Positions 7,916 through 16,053 of a stretch of DNA of 32,000 nt are shown here, one piece after another. The stretch comes from Promethearchaeum syntrophicum (lineage in GTDB: Archaea > Asgardarchaeota > Lokiarchaeia > Sigyniarchaeales > Promethearchaeaceae). Every line of letters starts with the position of its first letter. Position 1 is the stretch's first letter. The position numbers and the translations under genes were made by a program. Under the pieces are notes generated by a model. The model searched no databases, had not been told where the DNA came from, and was given only the letters and a program-made list of their open reading frames with translations. The stretch spans positions 1,710,001 to 1,742,000 of the forward strand of contig NZ_CP042905.2 of NCBI RefSeq assembly GCF_008000775.2, read 5' to 3'.

Positions 7916-8481
7916 GAAAATATTTTAGTGTCGTTCATGTCAAAAGTTTTTTCTAATTTTATTATATGACTGACTGAAAGTGGGGCTAAATTTCGACGAC
8001 ATAAACTACTACATTAATATAACCAATAAACAGGAAGAAAAAGTAAGAAATACTGAAATATATTTTATTATTAATTAGGATTGATTTTATCCCGATCGGA
8101 TAATTTTAAGCCTGTGTAGCCATTTGGGACAAGGGTCAAAATTAGTGATCAAAAATTAAGCAATCTCTTGACGATATTCCATCCGTTCTCATAGAAATTA
8201 AGGTAGATTTGATTCCTGAAGTTGGAGAGGTTCTTGATCGAGAAGAGTGTCAAGAGTATGCAAATGAGGAGGATTCAATGTATATTGAGATATCAGTGAA
8301 ACTGGGAACCAATGTTGATGATGTGTTTATAGGGTTAACAAGATTGATTAATTCAAAGGACGAGGGCAAATTAGCCCATATATCTTTTTATCGCGGGATT
8401 AGTAAAGGGACAAAGGATGGATTTTTTTTTTTTTTGGAAGCTGGTCGTTTAAACGTGATTGAGAAGGTTATTCCCGTATAA
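7916..8481 (+). pseudogene. Decayed Ras/Rab-like small GTPase gene
   Basis: GTPase-like segments are spread over three frames and broken by stops. NILVSFMSKVFSNFI* (7919-7969) corresponds to the P-loop/helix-1 region. KVGLNFDD...EEK (7974-8078) corresponds to switch I. CVAIWDKGQN** (8113-8148) is a G3 remnant. DIPSVLIEIKVDL...CQEYANEEDSMYIEISVKLGTNVDDVF (8173-) carries a G4 NK->IK change and a G5 SAK->SVK change. A T14 tract lies inside the nominal ORF tail. Confidence 0.5.
8422..8435 (+). terminator. T14 homopolymer
   Basis: 14 consecutive T on the + strand at the end of the GTPase remnant, 14 nt from the stop of the convergent 979-aa gene. Confidence 0.3.
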
Positions 8482-11388
8482 CGCCAACGGGACAACCAGT
8501 GACATAGAATATTTGCAGGAAAATCCCTTCAAAATCGGAATCATATTTTCAAAAAACCGATCTACCAAATTTTTTAACTGAATTATGGCTAGAAAAGCTG
8601 CTTTGCCAGACTTTTTGGATTTTTCAAAGGTAAAAATTTGACCTGCGGGTAATCTTTGAATTATTTTTTTTAAAGCATTCAAATCAGAGGAGGAACATTC
8701 CACGAATAGAGCCACAAAAACGGGATACCCGATAATCTGCCAGAACTCCCATGGTAAAAAATGCGGGTGATATTCTTCATAAGGCGGTTTCGCCCCAAAA
8801 TGAAACGAGAGATCGGTTTTCATCTCCAAATCCCCTAATGTCTGCATGGGGGCTTCTTTCAGATAATTATAATCATCATAATACCAGCTATATGAGTACA
8901 GGGATTGCTCCCCAAAAAACCGTAAATCTTCTTGGAGAGGCAATATTCGGAAAGTAAGCCCAGGATACCGAGTGGTTATCCCATTTATTCCGACATTCCA
9001 CTGGCTTTCTTGATTTTGTAAATCATCATTTGAAACCAGATATTCGAGAATTAGAATATTATCAAGAGATCCCCCGTAGTACCACCCATTTTGAAGATAC
9101 TCGGAAAACAGCACGGAAAAAACCCGCGTTTTTTTCAGAATAAAGGGGTTGATATTCGTGCCCGACTGTGAAAGGATGACAAATATTCGCTGTTTCTTTT
9201 CCAACGTTGGATTTTTTTTTCTCTTTACCCTAAAATCGAACTTATCGGTAATTAAATCAAAATTAAATTGCTGAGTCTGAATATACTGCTTAAAAAAGGT
9301 GATAACCTTTTTTCTATCAATACCGGACGAAATTCTTAGGGTGTTTAGGGTATTAAAATAATGCAAGTCTTTAAAGAACTGAGAATAGGCAAAGTCGGGT
9401 AATTTTTTGTCCCAATTCTTAAAGGAAAGGGATCGAGGAGTCGGCATCTTGCTGGAGGCAAGGGGTTTAAGCAGGGATTGTAAATAATGGTTAAATTTTC
9501 TTTCATCCCACTCTCGGGTTTCAAAATCGAAAAACGCCACCACATTAAATCCGATTTGGGAGGATTGGAATATATAGGGAGAACCGATTGCAATCAGATT
9601 ATCCCGCAAGTAATACTTTGAAAACAACAAGTATTCCTCCACCGTTAAATCAATTTTGATATAGTAGGATATTCTACATACCCATTCTAAGGAGAAAATA
9701 AGTAATTCGGAAAATTTAGGAGATGACCTCGACACCACATTTAATTGAATAATATTTTGACTCGTCAGACTAAAGAAGAAGAAACTGAGATATTTTCTAA
9801 AATAATCTTGTTGGATCAAATGACTAAACCGTGTCTTCAGCTCGGTATTGGAATGATCCCTCCGCTTGGAGAGATATTTGGTAAATTCGGGTAAAATTTT
9901 GGGCACATAGTCGTCAAAGAAATGCTCGGTTAAATAGGAGGTATCGGGAATTTTGAGCAAGGTAAGAATGTGGATCAAATTTTCCACCGATTTCTTATTT
10001 GGATACTTTTTTTTCAGCACTTTTTCGAATTCAGGAATGGGAATTTTTGATTTTTTCGGGATTATGGTCTCAAAGTAGATTTGATCATAGGCTTTCTTAA
10101 TTTTGGGAGAGTGGAGCAGGTGTAAGCACGAAATCAGCTCATTTTCTTCCAGAAGATCATGGAAGGACTTGTTATTGAGATTTATTTTTTCGAATTCAAA
10201 AAAGAGAAAGAAATCCAAGAGATCGAATTGGGGCGAGATATCTTGAATTTGCTTTGGATACACTTGACTATATTTTAACAAAGCGATTTTCGGATTTTTT
10301 TTGGTGGTTTTAGCTAAATGGCGATATTTTTTGGAGGGAAATGGCAGTAATTGGGGAATGTTTTGTTCTCGATGTAGCTTATTATCGAATTGGGTGTTAA
10401 ATTTTGATTCAATGGCAGTGTCGATTAAAAAGGTATCTATTGTTCGCAGTTTTCGTAACTTGTTTAGGTAATTTACCAAGGCGGGTTTAAATTCTGCAGG
10501 AGAAAAGGAAATAAAAAGACAATAATTATTATTTAAGGAAAAATGCGAAAAAAAGGGAATCGGTAAAAATAACCGTTCTAAATATTCTTGGGATCGATTA
10601 GAGTCGGTAAATTTTACATAGATAATGAAGTAGCCAAGCCCGATTTTTGCAAAATTCCTTGCCAAGATGGTGGTAGAAAAGGAATATTTTGCCTGTAATT
10701 CCGAAGTTATTCTTGCATAGTCATCATAATTCTTCAAAGGTGAAGATAGCCCAATAATATCCCGTATCGCGCCAATATTGAATTTCTTAGAATATATCTT
10801 CATCACCCAGATATTGAAAATACTAAAGAAGGCGACTTTCGGATAGGGTGGGTTTAATCGGGCCGCAAAATCGGAAATCAATTCACTCAGAGATATTTCA
10901 GCAAAAATAAACTCCAGAATTCTATCCGTAAAAAAAAGGTGAATGAAGGTATCCGACACAGATTTTTTTATTTCGTTCCAAAGCGATTGAAGGAGGATTT
11001 TATCCGTTTTTTGGAATTGCAAAAGAAAGATCAAGTTTAATAGGTAATTTGAACGAAAATTATCAGGAAGAAAACTCAATACCGCAGCAAAATTGATAAT
11101 TTCGGGTAATATTTCTGTGCATTGAGGTGGGATGGTCACGGTATCATACCCAAACATGGTTCGAAATATTTTCGGAGAAATGCGTTTTTTTCCCTTTTTC
11201 CCCTTGCTTTCCGTATCTATCAATTTTATGTCGCTGAATGGAAACACTCGGTCCCGATGAAATTTTTTCTGGTAAAATTCCAACCTTTTACGGTACACTT
11301 CGATAAGATCGTGGTCGTCCATTTTCACTTTCAACACATTGAGTTCTGGATGGAAAAAACTCCTTCTATTTATGTATTTTTGACTCAC
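8449..11388 (-). CDS. Large hypothetical protein (979 aa), no recognisable domain
   Basis: Long uninterrupted ORF with host-like composition. The nominal start is GTG at 11388, and the first ATG is at 11322 (MDDHDLIEVY). I could not identify any catalytic motif by eye. Confidence 0.8.
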   Translation of the reverse strand: MSQKYINRRSFFHPELNVLKVKMDDHDLIEVYRKRLEFYQKKFHRDRVFPFSDIKLIDTESKGKKGKKRISPKIFRTMFGYDTVTIPPQCTEILPEIINFAAVLSFLPDNFRSNYLLNLIFLLQFQKTDKILLQSLWNEIKKSVSDTFIHLFFTDRILEFIFAEISLSELISDFAARLNPPYPKVAFFSIFNIWVMKIYSKKFNIGAIRDIIGLSSPLKNYDDYARITSELQAKYSFSTTILARNFAKIGLGYFIIYVKFTDSNRSQEYLERLFLPIPFFSHFSLNNNYCLFISFSPAEFKPALVNYLNKLRKLRTIDTFLIDTAIESKFNTQFDNKLHREQNIPQLLPFPSKKYRHLAKTTKKNPKIALLKYSQVYPKQIQDISPQFDLLDFFLFFEFEKINLNNKSFHDLLEENELISCLHLLHSPKIKKAYDQIYFETIIPKKSKIPIPEFEKVLKKKYPNKKSVENLIHILTLLKIPDTSYLTEHFFDDYVPKILPEFTKYLSKRRDHSNTELKTRFSHLIQQDYFRKYLSFFFFSLTSQNIIQLNVVSRSSPKFSELLIFSLEWVCRISYYIKIDLTVEEYLLFSKYYLRDNLIAIGSPYIFQSSQIGFNVVAFFDFETREWDERKFNHYLQSLLKPLASSKMPTPRSLSFKNWDKKLPDFAYSQFFKDLHYFNTLNTLRISSGIDRKKVITFFKQYIQTQQFNFDLITDKFDFRVKRKKNPTLEKKQRIFVILSQSGTNINPFILKKTRVFSVLFSEYLQNGWYYGGSLDNILILEYLVSNDDLQNQESQWNVGINGITTRYPGLTFRILPLQEDLRFFGEQSLYSYSWYYDDYNYLKEAPMQTLGDLEMKTDLSFHFGAKPPYEEYHPHFLPWEFWQIIGYPVFVALFVECSSSDLNALKKIIQRLPAGQIFTFEKSKKSGKAAFLAIIQLKNLVDRFFENMIPILKGFSCKYSMSLVVPLALYGNNLLNHV

Positions 11389-11555
11389 ATATATGAATGT
11401 TGTGTTCTACTTTCAATGAGGGTATTTAAGGGAACATGCCAAAAAATGAAAGTAAAAGTTAGGAATAGAAATTCATTGGTTTTTTATTATCTGACCATAA
11501 TGTATATATGAGATTCAAATAATTTATTCAAAAAAAATTTGAGATGAAATATTAA

Positions 11556-12167
11556 ATGGGTTACATTTGTTCAAAATGCGGAAAAGAATATACAAGGCGA
11601 TATCATTATGAAAATCATATAAAAAAATGCACAGGAACACCAACCAAAAAGAAAATAACTAAGAAAAAAGCACCTGTTTCTAGAAAATCTTATGGAAAGA
11701 AAGTTCCAGAGAATATATATTTTGCTGATTTAATCCTCTTTAATGCTGTGAAATCTTTTAAAAAACCTGATTATCTTAAAATACTCGAATTTTGTTCTTC
11801 TTTTGATATTAAAACGGATGAAATTATCTCGAAATTACAAAATAGAATTCGTATTGGGGATATAAAATATCACAATATCCATGAAGAAAACATCCAAAAA
11901 ATTATTACAGATATATTAAATAAACCGAAAATTCAGTATCCGTTTATTATTCCGATTCAGAAATTTCCTCAAGAATTTCCGAGTTTAAATTTTAATGATT
12001 ATGATTCAATTATACAATTCCTACAAAGAATTATTCAACACTATCCAGGATATTTACAATTGAGTTCTTCAAAATTAGGATTTCCTCCAGATTTAGTTAC
12101 CTTTAATCATTTATTCCCAAATTCAGTATTTTTCTCATTATCAAATCGGTGGAGGATAGAAAAATGA
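11556..12167 (+). CDS. Classical C2H2-spaced (C2HC) zinc-finger protein with basic linker
   Basis: The N-terminus is Y-I-C-SK-C-GKE-Y-TRRYH-Y-EN-H-IKK-C, i.e. (Y)xCx2Cx3(Y)x5(Y)x2Hx3C (11562-11630). The linker TPTKKKITKKKAPVSRKSYGKK follows. An A/T box lies ~27 nt upstream of the ATG. Confidence 0.8.
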   Translation: MGYICSKCGKEYTRRYHYENHIKKCTGTPTKKKITKKKAPVSRKSYGKKVPENIYFADLILFNAVKSFKKPDYLKILEFCSSFDIKTDEIISKLQNRIRIGDIKYHNIHEENIQKIITDILNKPKIQYPFIIPIQKFPQEFPSLNFNDYDSIIQFLQRIIQHYPGYLQLSSSKLGFPPDLVTFNHLFPNSVFFSLSNRWRIEK

Positions 12168-14293
12168 GTTTATACATAGAATTTAAAAAAGCAAAAAGCG
12201 ATTTGTTTTTTAAGAAAGATTTATATCAAAAAATATTTCGGATTTTTGAAGGGAAGGGGGGTGATCAGATAATTACAGATCAGATCTTGCCAAAAGGTAC
12301 TCATATTCAAGATCTTCTTATTTTAAATTCAGATATGAAAAGAGCTCGTGATTCTATCTTGATGAAAATCCAAGAATTGGTTAAAAATGACATTAAATTT
12401 TCTGAGAATTTATTCTATTTTTCTCAATACGGTGGGAGTAAAACCCAATTTTTGAACCTAGTTAAGAGTATTATCTGGCAGCACTCCCCGAATTGTATTC
12501 CAATTCTATTAGAGGATATTAGCCAAATTAAGGTAAGAGCCATATTTGAGAAAATGATAGGGCAATTATTAAAACGAATATCTATTATCCCCAAATTTGA
12601 AGAAAATACACAATTATATGATGAATTTTTATCAGAACTAAACAAGCTAATAAGCCGAGTACATATTGCATTTAACCAATCAAAAAATCTTGGGGATGCT
12701 CATGAAATCATAAACAAATTAATGAACATTAAAAATCCAGTAGCGAAAGACCAACTCAGGAAACTAAATGACATCTTACATTCAACTATAATGGTAGATA
12801 AAATTGATATCTTAAATGAAATTGTCTTGTTAATGAAGTTTTGTAGTAAGTATGATTTGATATTCTTATTCATGTTTGATGAAATGGATTTATGGCTTAA
12901 ATCTACATCAGATCACCCTGAACTAAGTCAGAAATTTCGGGATCAACATAAATTTATGAAAAAAATCTTAGACATTCCTAAAAGTCAAGTAAAAATATTT
13001 TTCCTTTTTGCTTGTACCGATCGAGTAAATCGGCTCCTATTTTCGCAAGACCAATTATTTATAAATTCTTCTCCTGCAGCAAGTCGGTTAAATCAAATAT
13101 ATGTGTCCGCGGAAAAAATAATGGAAGCGGGGTGTTATGGATCTGAGATTAAGCAAGCTTTGGTCAAGATCGCCATATATTACTTAGCAAATAATGAAAA
13201 AAAAGATTTTTCTGAACAGTTTTTTACGCAAGTCGCTCCGATTTTAGAGAAAAAGTATCAATCTTATTCTCGAAGAACCAGTAATTCTAGAATTATTCGA
13301 ATGCTTGAAAGTTATCAGTTTTTAGTCAACCCTTTAACTTATGGAATGAAACACTGGGAAAATAATGTAAAGCTTTATGGAGATCTCATTGAAGAACATC
13401 TCGATAAAATACTAAAAAGAATTCATATTAAATTTGTTAGAAAGGAAATATTAGTCGATCCTTCTAAAATCTACTCAAAAGACAGATTAGATGGATATTT
13501 TGTTATTTATGGTGCTGATAGACATGAAGTCAAAACGTATGTAGAAATCAAATTAACTAAGAAATTCGAAGGAAAAAAAGCATCTCAGTTCCTACAATGG
13601 TTAAGCTTAAATCTTGAGAAAAAAATCGTATTGATAGTTTTTAGTCCAACTCCAAAAAGTGAGATCTTAAAACAAATTTCGTTGTATGCAGATTCTCAAG
13701 GGTATCCTCAAGATTTTATAAAAAGGATTGAATTGATTCATATTGAAAATCCTTATGCGTTTGCTCCAATTAATTATTTATCAGATAAATCGTTAGATTC
13801 AGATCAAATTTTAAATTTTTATAACCTATTTGCATTCTGGTTAGATTTTATTGGAGATTTTTCCCATAAATTTCAACAAGTTATTGATAATATTGGTTTT
13901 GGAGTTTTTCCTCCTGAAACACATATTGGAGGTAATTCAGAAGCTTCAGGAATCGAAGATGATGGGCCTCCTCCTGATGATTTTACTTTGGAAGAAAAAA
14001 TTAGTTTGAATTTGATGTTGAATTTATATTTAGAAAAAGCATTTACTCCGTCAGGAAAAATGGGCAAAGCAAAAATTGAAAAAATCATCTCCCAAAAAGC
14101 TTTAGGCATCTCGGATTTGGAAAAATCTTTAGAAAATATGAGAGAAGGAAATTTACTCCTTAGAATAACTGACAAACAAGTGCAATTTGATAAAGATTTA
14201 ATACATATCAATGATTTGGACAATTTTAAAAAAAAAATTCGCTCTGTGTTGACGAATTCAAAAAATACTCAAGGGATCAATTCTTTTTTTTAA
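12164..14293 (+). CDS. P-loop ATPase with deviant Walker A, ~145-aa insert before Walker B, C-terminal winged-helix-like region
   Basis: Walker A-like QYGGSKTQ (12431-12445). Walker B LIFLFMFDEMD (D at 12878). ATG 12164 overlaps the upstream stop (ATGA), and GGAGG (12151-12155) lies 8 nt upstream. The ORF-track start 12149 is a GTG. The C-terminal region GKMGKAKIEKIISQKALGISDLEKSLENMREGNLLLRI looks like a winged helix. Confidence 0.8.
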   Translation: MSLYIEFKKAKSDLFFKKDLYQKIFRIFEGKGGDQIITDQILPKGTHIQDLLILNSDMKRARDSILMKIQELVKNDIKFSENLFYFSQYGGSKTQFLNLVKSIIWQHSPNCIPILLEDISQIKVRAIFEKMIGQLLKRISIIPKFEENTQLYDEFLSELNKLISRVHIAFNQSKNLGDAHEIINKLMNIKNPVAKDQLRKLNDILHSTIMVDKIDILNEIVLLMKFCSKYDLIFLFMFDEMDLWLKSTSDHPELSQKFRDQHKFMKKILDIPKSQVKIFFLFACTDRVNRLLFSQDQLFINSSPAASRLNQIYVSAEKIMEAGCYGSEIKQALVKIAIYYLANNEKKDFSEQFFTQVAPILEKKYQSYSRRTSNSRIIRMLESYQFLVNPLTYGMKHWENNVKLYGDLIEEHLDKILKRIHIKFVRKEILVDPSKIYSKDRLDGYFVIYGADRHEVKTYVEIKLTKKFEGKKASQFLQWLSLNLEKKIVLIVFSPTPKSEILKQISLYADSQGYPQDFIKRIELIHIENPYAFAPINYLSDKSLDSDQILNFYNLFAFWLDFIGDFSHKFQQVIDNIGFGVFPPETHIGGNSEASGIEDDGPPPDDFTLEEKISLNLMLNLYLEKAFTPSGKMGKAKIEKIISQKALGISDLEKSLENMREGNLLLRITDKQVQFDKDLIHINDLDNFKKKIRSVLTNSKNTQGINSFF

Positions 14294-14725
14294 TATCAGT
14301 GTATGATTAATTCAAGTTCAATATTCTATAAATATCAAGATTCAAACTAGTCCAATCTCTATCAAAATAATGAGTTAGGATAGCGGAATATATTTTTTAT
14401 TAAATAAGTTAAAAATTATGATAGAATTACCTGATCTTGACATAGCTATACCATAATTTATGTTTTTAAATTCTAAGTAAAAAATTGCCTAGATTTAAAA
14501 TAATGTTCATTGAATGAATAAATCGATCTCATTTCTACATACCAAGAATTTAAAATTCCAAGTATACATTGGAATTATCGTGCCCAAATAGCGTAGATTC
14601 TTTTAATTCTATTCAAATGTCCCAAATATTTAAGTAAAAAGGAAATTAATGATTTTCACTGATTGTCGATTTTTGTCTCATTATTTACTGAATATAATTA
14701 ATCTTAATATTCTTAACCTATTTAA

Positions 14726-15454
14726 TCAAAAAATATTTTCGAGTAATTCTTGATTCATTTTTAGGAATTTATGCCCAAATCCTTTTAATTCTGCCAACCT
14801 CCCCGATATGCCTTTTGGATTTCCTGTTTTCGTATAGGTTATGGTTGTTTCTGTTATGGCTTGGAGAACGTTGTAAGGGGTTTTGAAATGATCGAGCAAA
14901 ATTCTTGCCTTTTTTTCACTTACCTGACACAAGCCTTCCAAGAAAAATAACTGCGAATCCCTCGAAATTTTTTCTTGTTCTATTTTAATAGGGACATATT
15001 CAAAGGGGGCGGATTTTTGCACGAATTTGGCAAAGCTCCAGATGGTTTCTGCAGTTTCTCTGGCATCCCGTGTAGGAAAGAGAGGGATCTTCATTTTGTA
15101 AATGGCATATAGCATCGCCCCGTAGATACTCGCTTCGTACACCCCTTTTCTCTCAAACATCTTGGTAGGATTTTCCAGAATGATCAAGGGTTTGGTGTAA
15201 TGTTTTTTGAGGTGTTGCAGTTGGGAAAAAAACCGATTATCACAAATTGACGCTACCAGATCATCGCCTCGCTTACGTTCAATCGCAATATCGTTGGAAA
15301 TCACATAATCCGCAATATCGAGCGTTTCTATTTGCAGGTGGCAGGGAATAGTTTCAAACACTGCACGGATTTCATTCCTTTCTCGCTCATCCATGATGAT
15401 TAGGGGGTTACATTTCGAGGTAGAGAGTGGTTGGGTTTTGGATGTGGATTGCAT
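14726..15454 (-). CDS. xpf: Short archaeal XPF/ERCC4-family structure-specific endonuclease with (HhH)2 and C-terminal PIP-like box
   Basis: ERCC4 signature IADYVISNDIAIERKRGDDLVASI..R...Q. HhH elements LEGLCQVSEKKARILLDHF and LAELKGFGHKF. The extreme C-terminus is QELLENIF (Qxx[L]xx[I][F]). I prefer ATG 15454 (A/T box 15474-15485) over the ORF-track start 15562. Confidence 0.9.
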   Translation of the reverse strand: MQSTSKTQPLSTSKCNPLIIMDERERNEIRAVFETIPCHLQIETLDIADYVISNDIAIERKRGDDLVASICDNRFFSQLQHLKKHYTKPLIILENPTKMFERKGVYEASIYGAMLYAIYKMKIPLFPTRDARETAETIWSFAKFVQKSAPFEYVPIKIEQEKISRDSQLFFLEGLCQVSEKKARILLDHFKTPYNVLQAITETTITYTKTGNPKGISGRLAELKGFGHKFLKMNQELLENIF

Positions 15455-15551
15455 ATTATTCTTTTTTGGGAATCTATTTAATAGCACATTTTTTCCACGA
15501 TTTTTTGAATGCGACTTTATATAGTCCAATTTTCTTACTTTTTTGATTATT

Positions 15552-15959
15552 ATGATTAACACCTACCCAATTGAAAAAATCAGCAAAATCCGTATGTCGT
15601 CCCTCGAAATTTTCCACAGTCAAACCGAATCAGAACGATGGGATCGCCACATTCACGCCATGATGGAAACCGTGAAACGCACAGAGAATCCGTATGTCTT
15701 AGCCTTCACTTTAAAATTTGCCGCGCGGTTTTATTTCAAACAACACCAATTTGAGACAGCGATAAAACTTGTGAAAAAAGTCTTGCTTATTTATCCTGCC
15801 AATCATCGCCTCCGAAAATCAACCATGTTCGATCTGTACAGGTATCAAATGGTGGATGCCCGTGAAAAAGGGGATGATCTTACTGCGGAAGCATTACGAA
15901 GCAAATTAAAGGAAATGGAAGGCGATCTTAGGGATGATAGTGGATTTATTTCAAAATAA
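15552..15959 (+). CDS. Small helical hypothetical protein (TPR-like helix pair)
   Basis: 135 aa from the first ATG; the ORF-track start 15543 is TTG. The helical-repeat-like stretch is YVLAFTLKFAARFYFKQHQFETAIKLVKKVLLIYP. It is divergent from xpf. Confidence 0.55.
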   Translation: MINTYPIEKISKIRMSSLEIFHSQTESERWDRHIHAMMETVKRTENPYVLAFTLKFAARFYFKQHQFETAIKLVKKVLLIYPANHRLRKSTMFDLYRYQMVDAREKGDDLTAEALRSKLKEMEGDLRDDSGFISK

Positions 15960-16053
15960 TTTTTTCCACTTTTTTTTTCCTCATTTTTAAAATTACTATA
16001 TATCTTGCTTATTATTAGGGGGAAACGGACGGAAAAAAACAAATAAATAAATC

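Noticed and set aside
8209-8481. 90-aa ORF treated as an intact gene
   Set aside because: It has a TTG start, corresponds only to the C-terminal third of a GTPase, contains a T14 run, and overlaps the convergent gene. I interpret it as part of a pseudogene.
8449-11388. Apparent internal repeats of a hydrophobic-strand + Ser-rich + helix module in the 979-aa protein
   Set aside because: This is only an impression from reading the sequence. I could not align the units convincingly without a tool.
11122-11511. 129-aa + strand ORF across the 5' end of the 979-aa gene and the divergent spacer
   Set aside because: It is antisense to a much longer ORF and runs through the promoter region. Its composition is not protein-like.
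14554-14576. Near-perfect 23-bp palindrome AATTCCAA-gtataca-TTGGAATT in the 430-bp spacer between convergent genes
   Set aside because: Short A/T-rich palindromes are expected by chance at this composition. There is no second copy or associated gene. It could be a bidirectional terminator hairpin, but that is unsupported.
14726-15562. Longest-ORF N-terminal extensions (xpf to 15562, radA to 26328, 7221-7862, 28120-28869, 15543, 12149)
   Set aside because: The extensions add non-conserved, often hydrophobic or low-complexity residues, or start at non-ATG codons. The internal ATGs sit at the canonical distance from a TATA box or SD.
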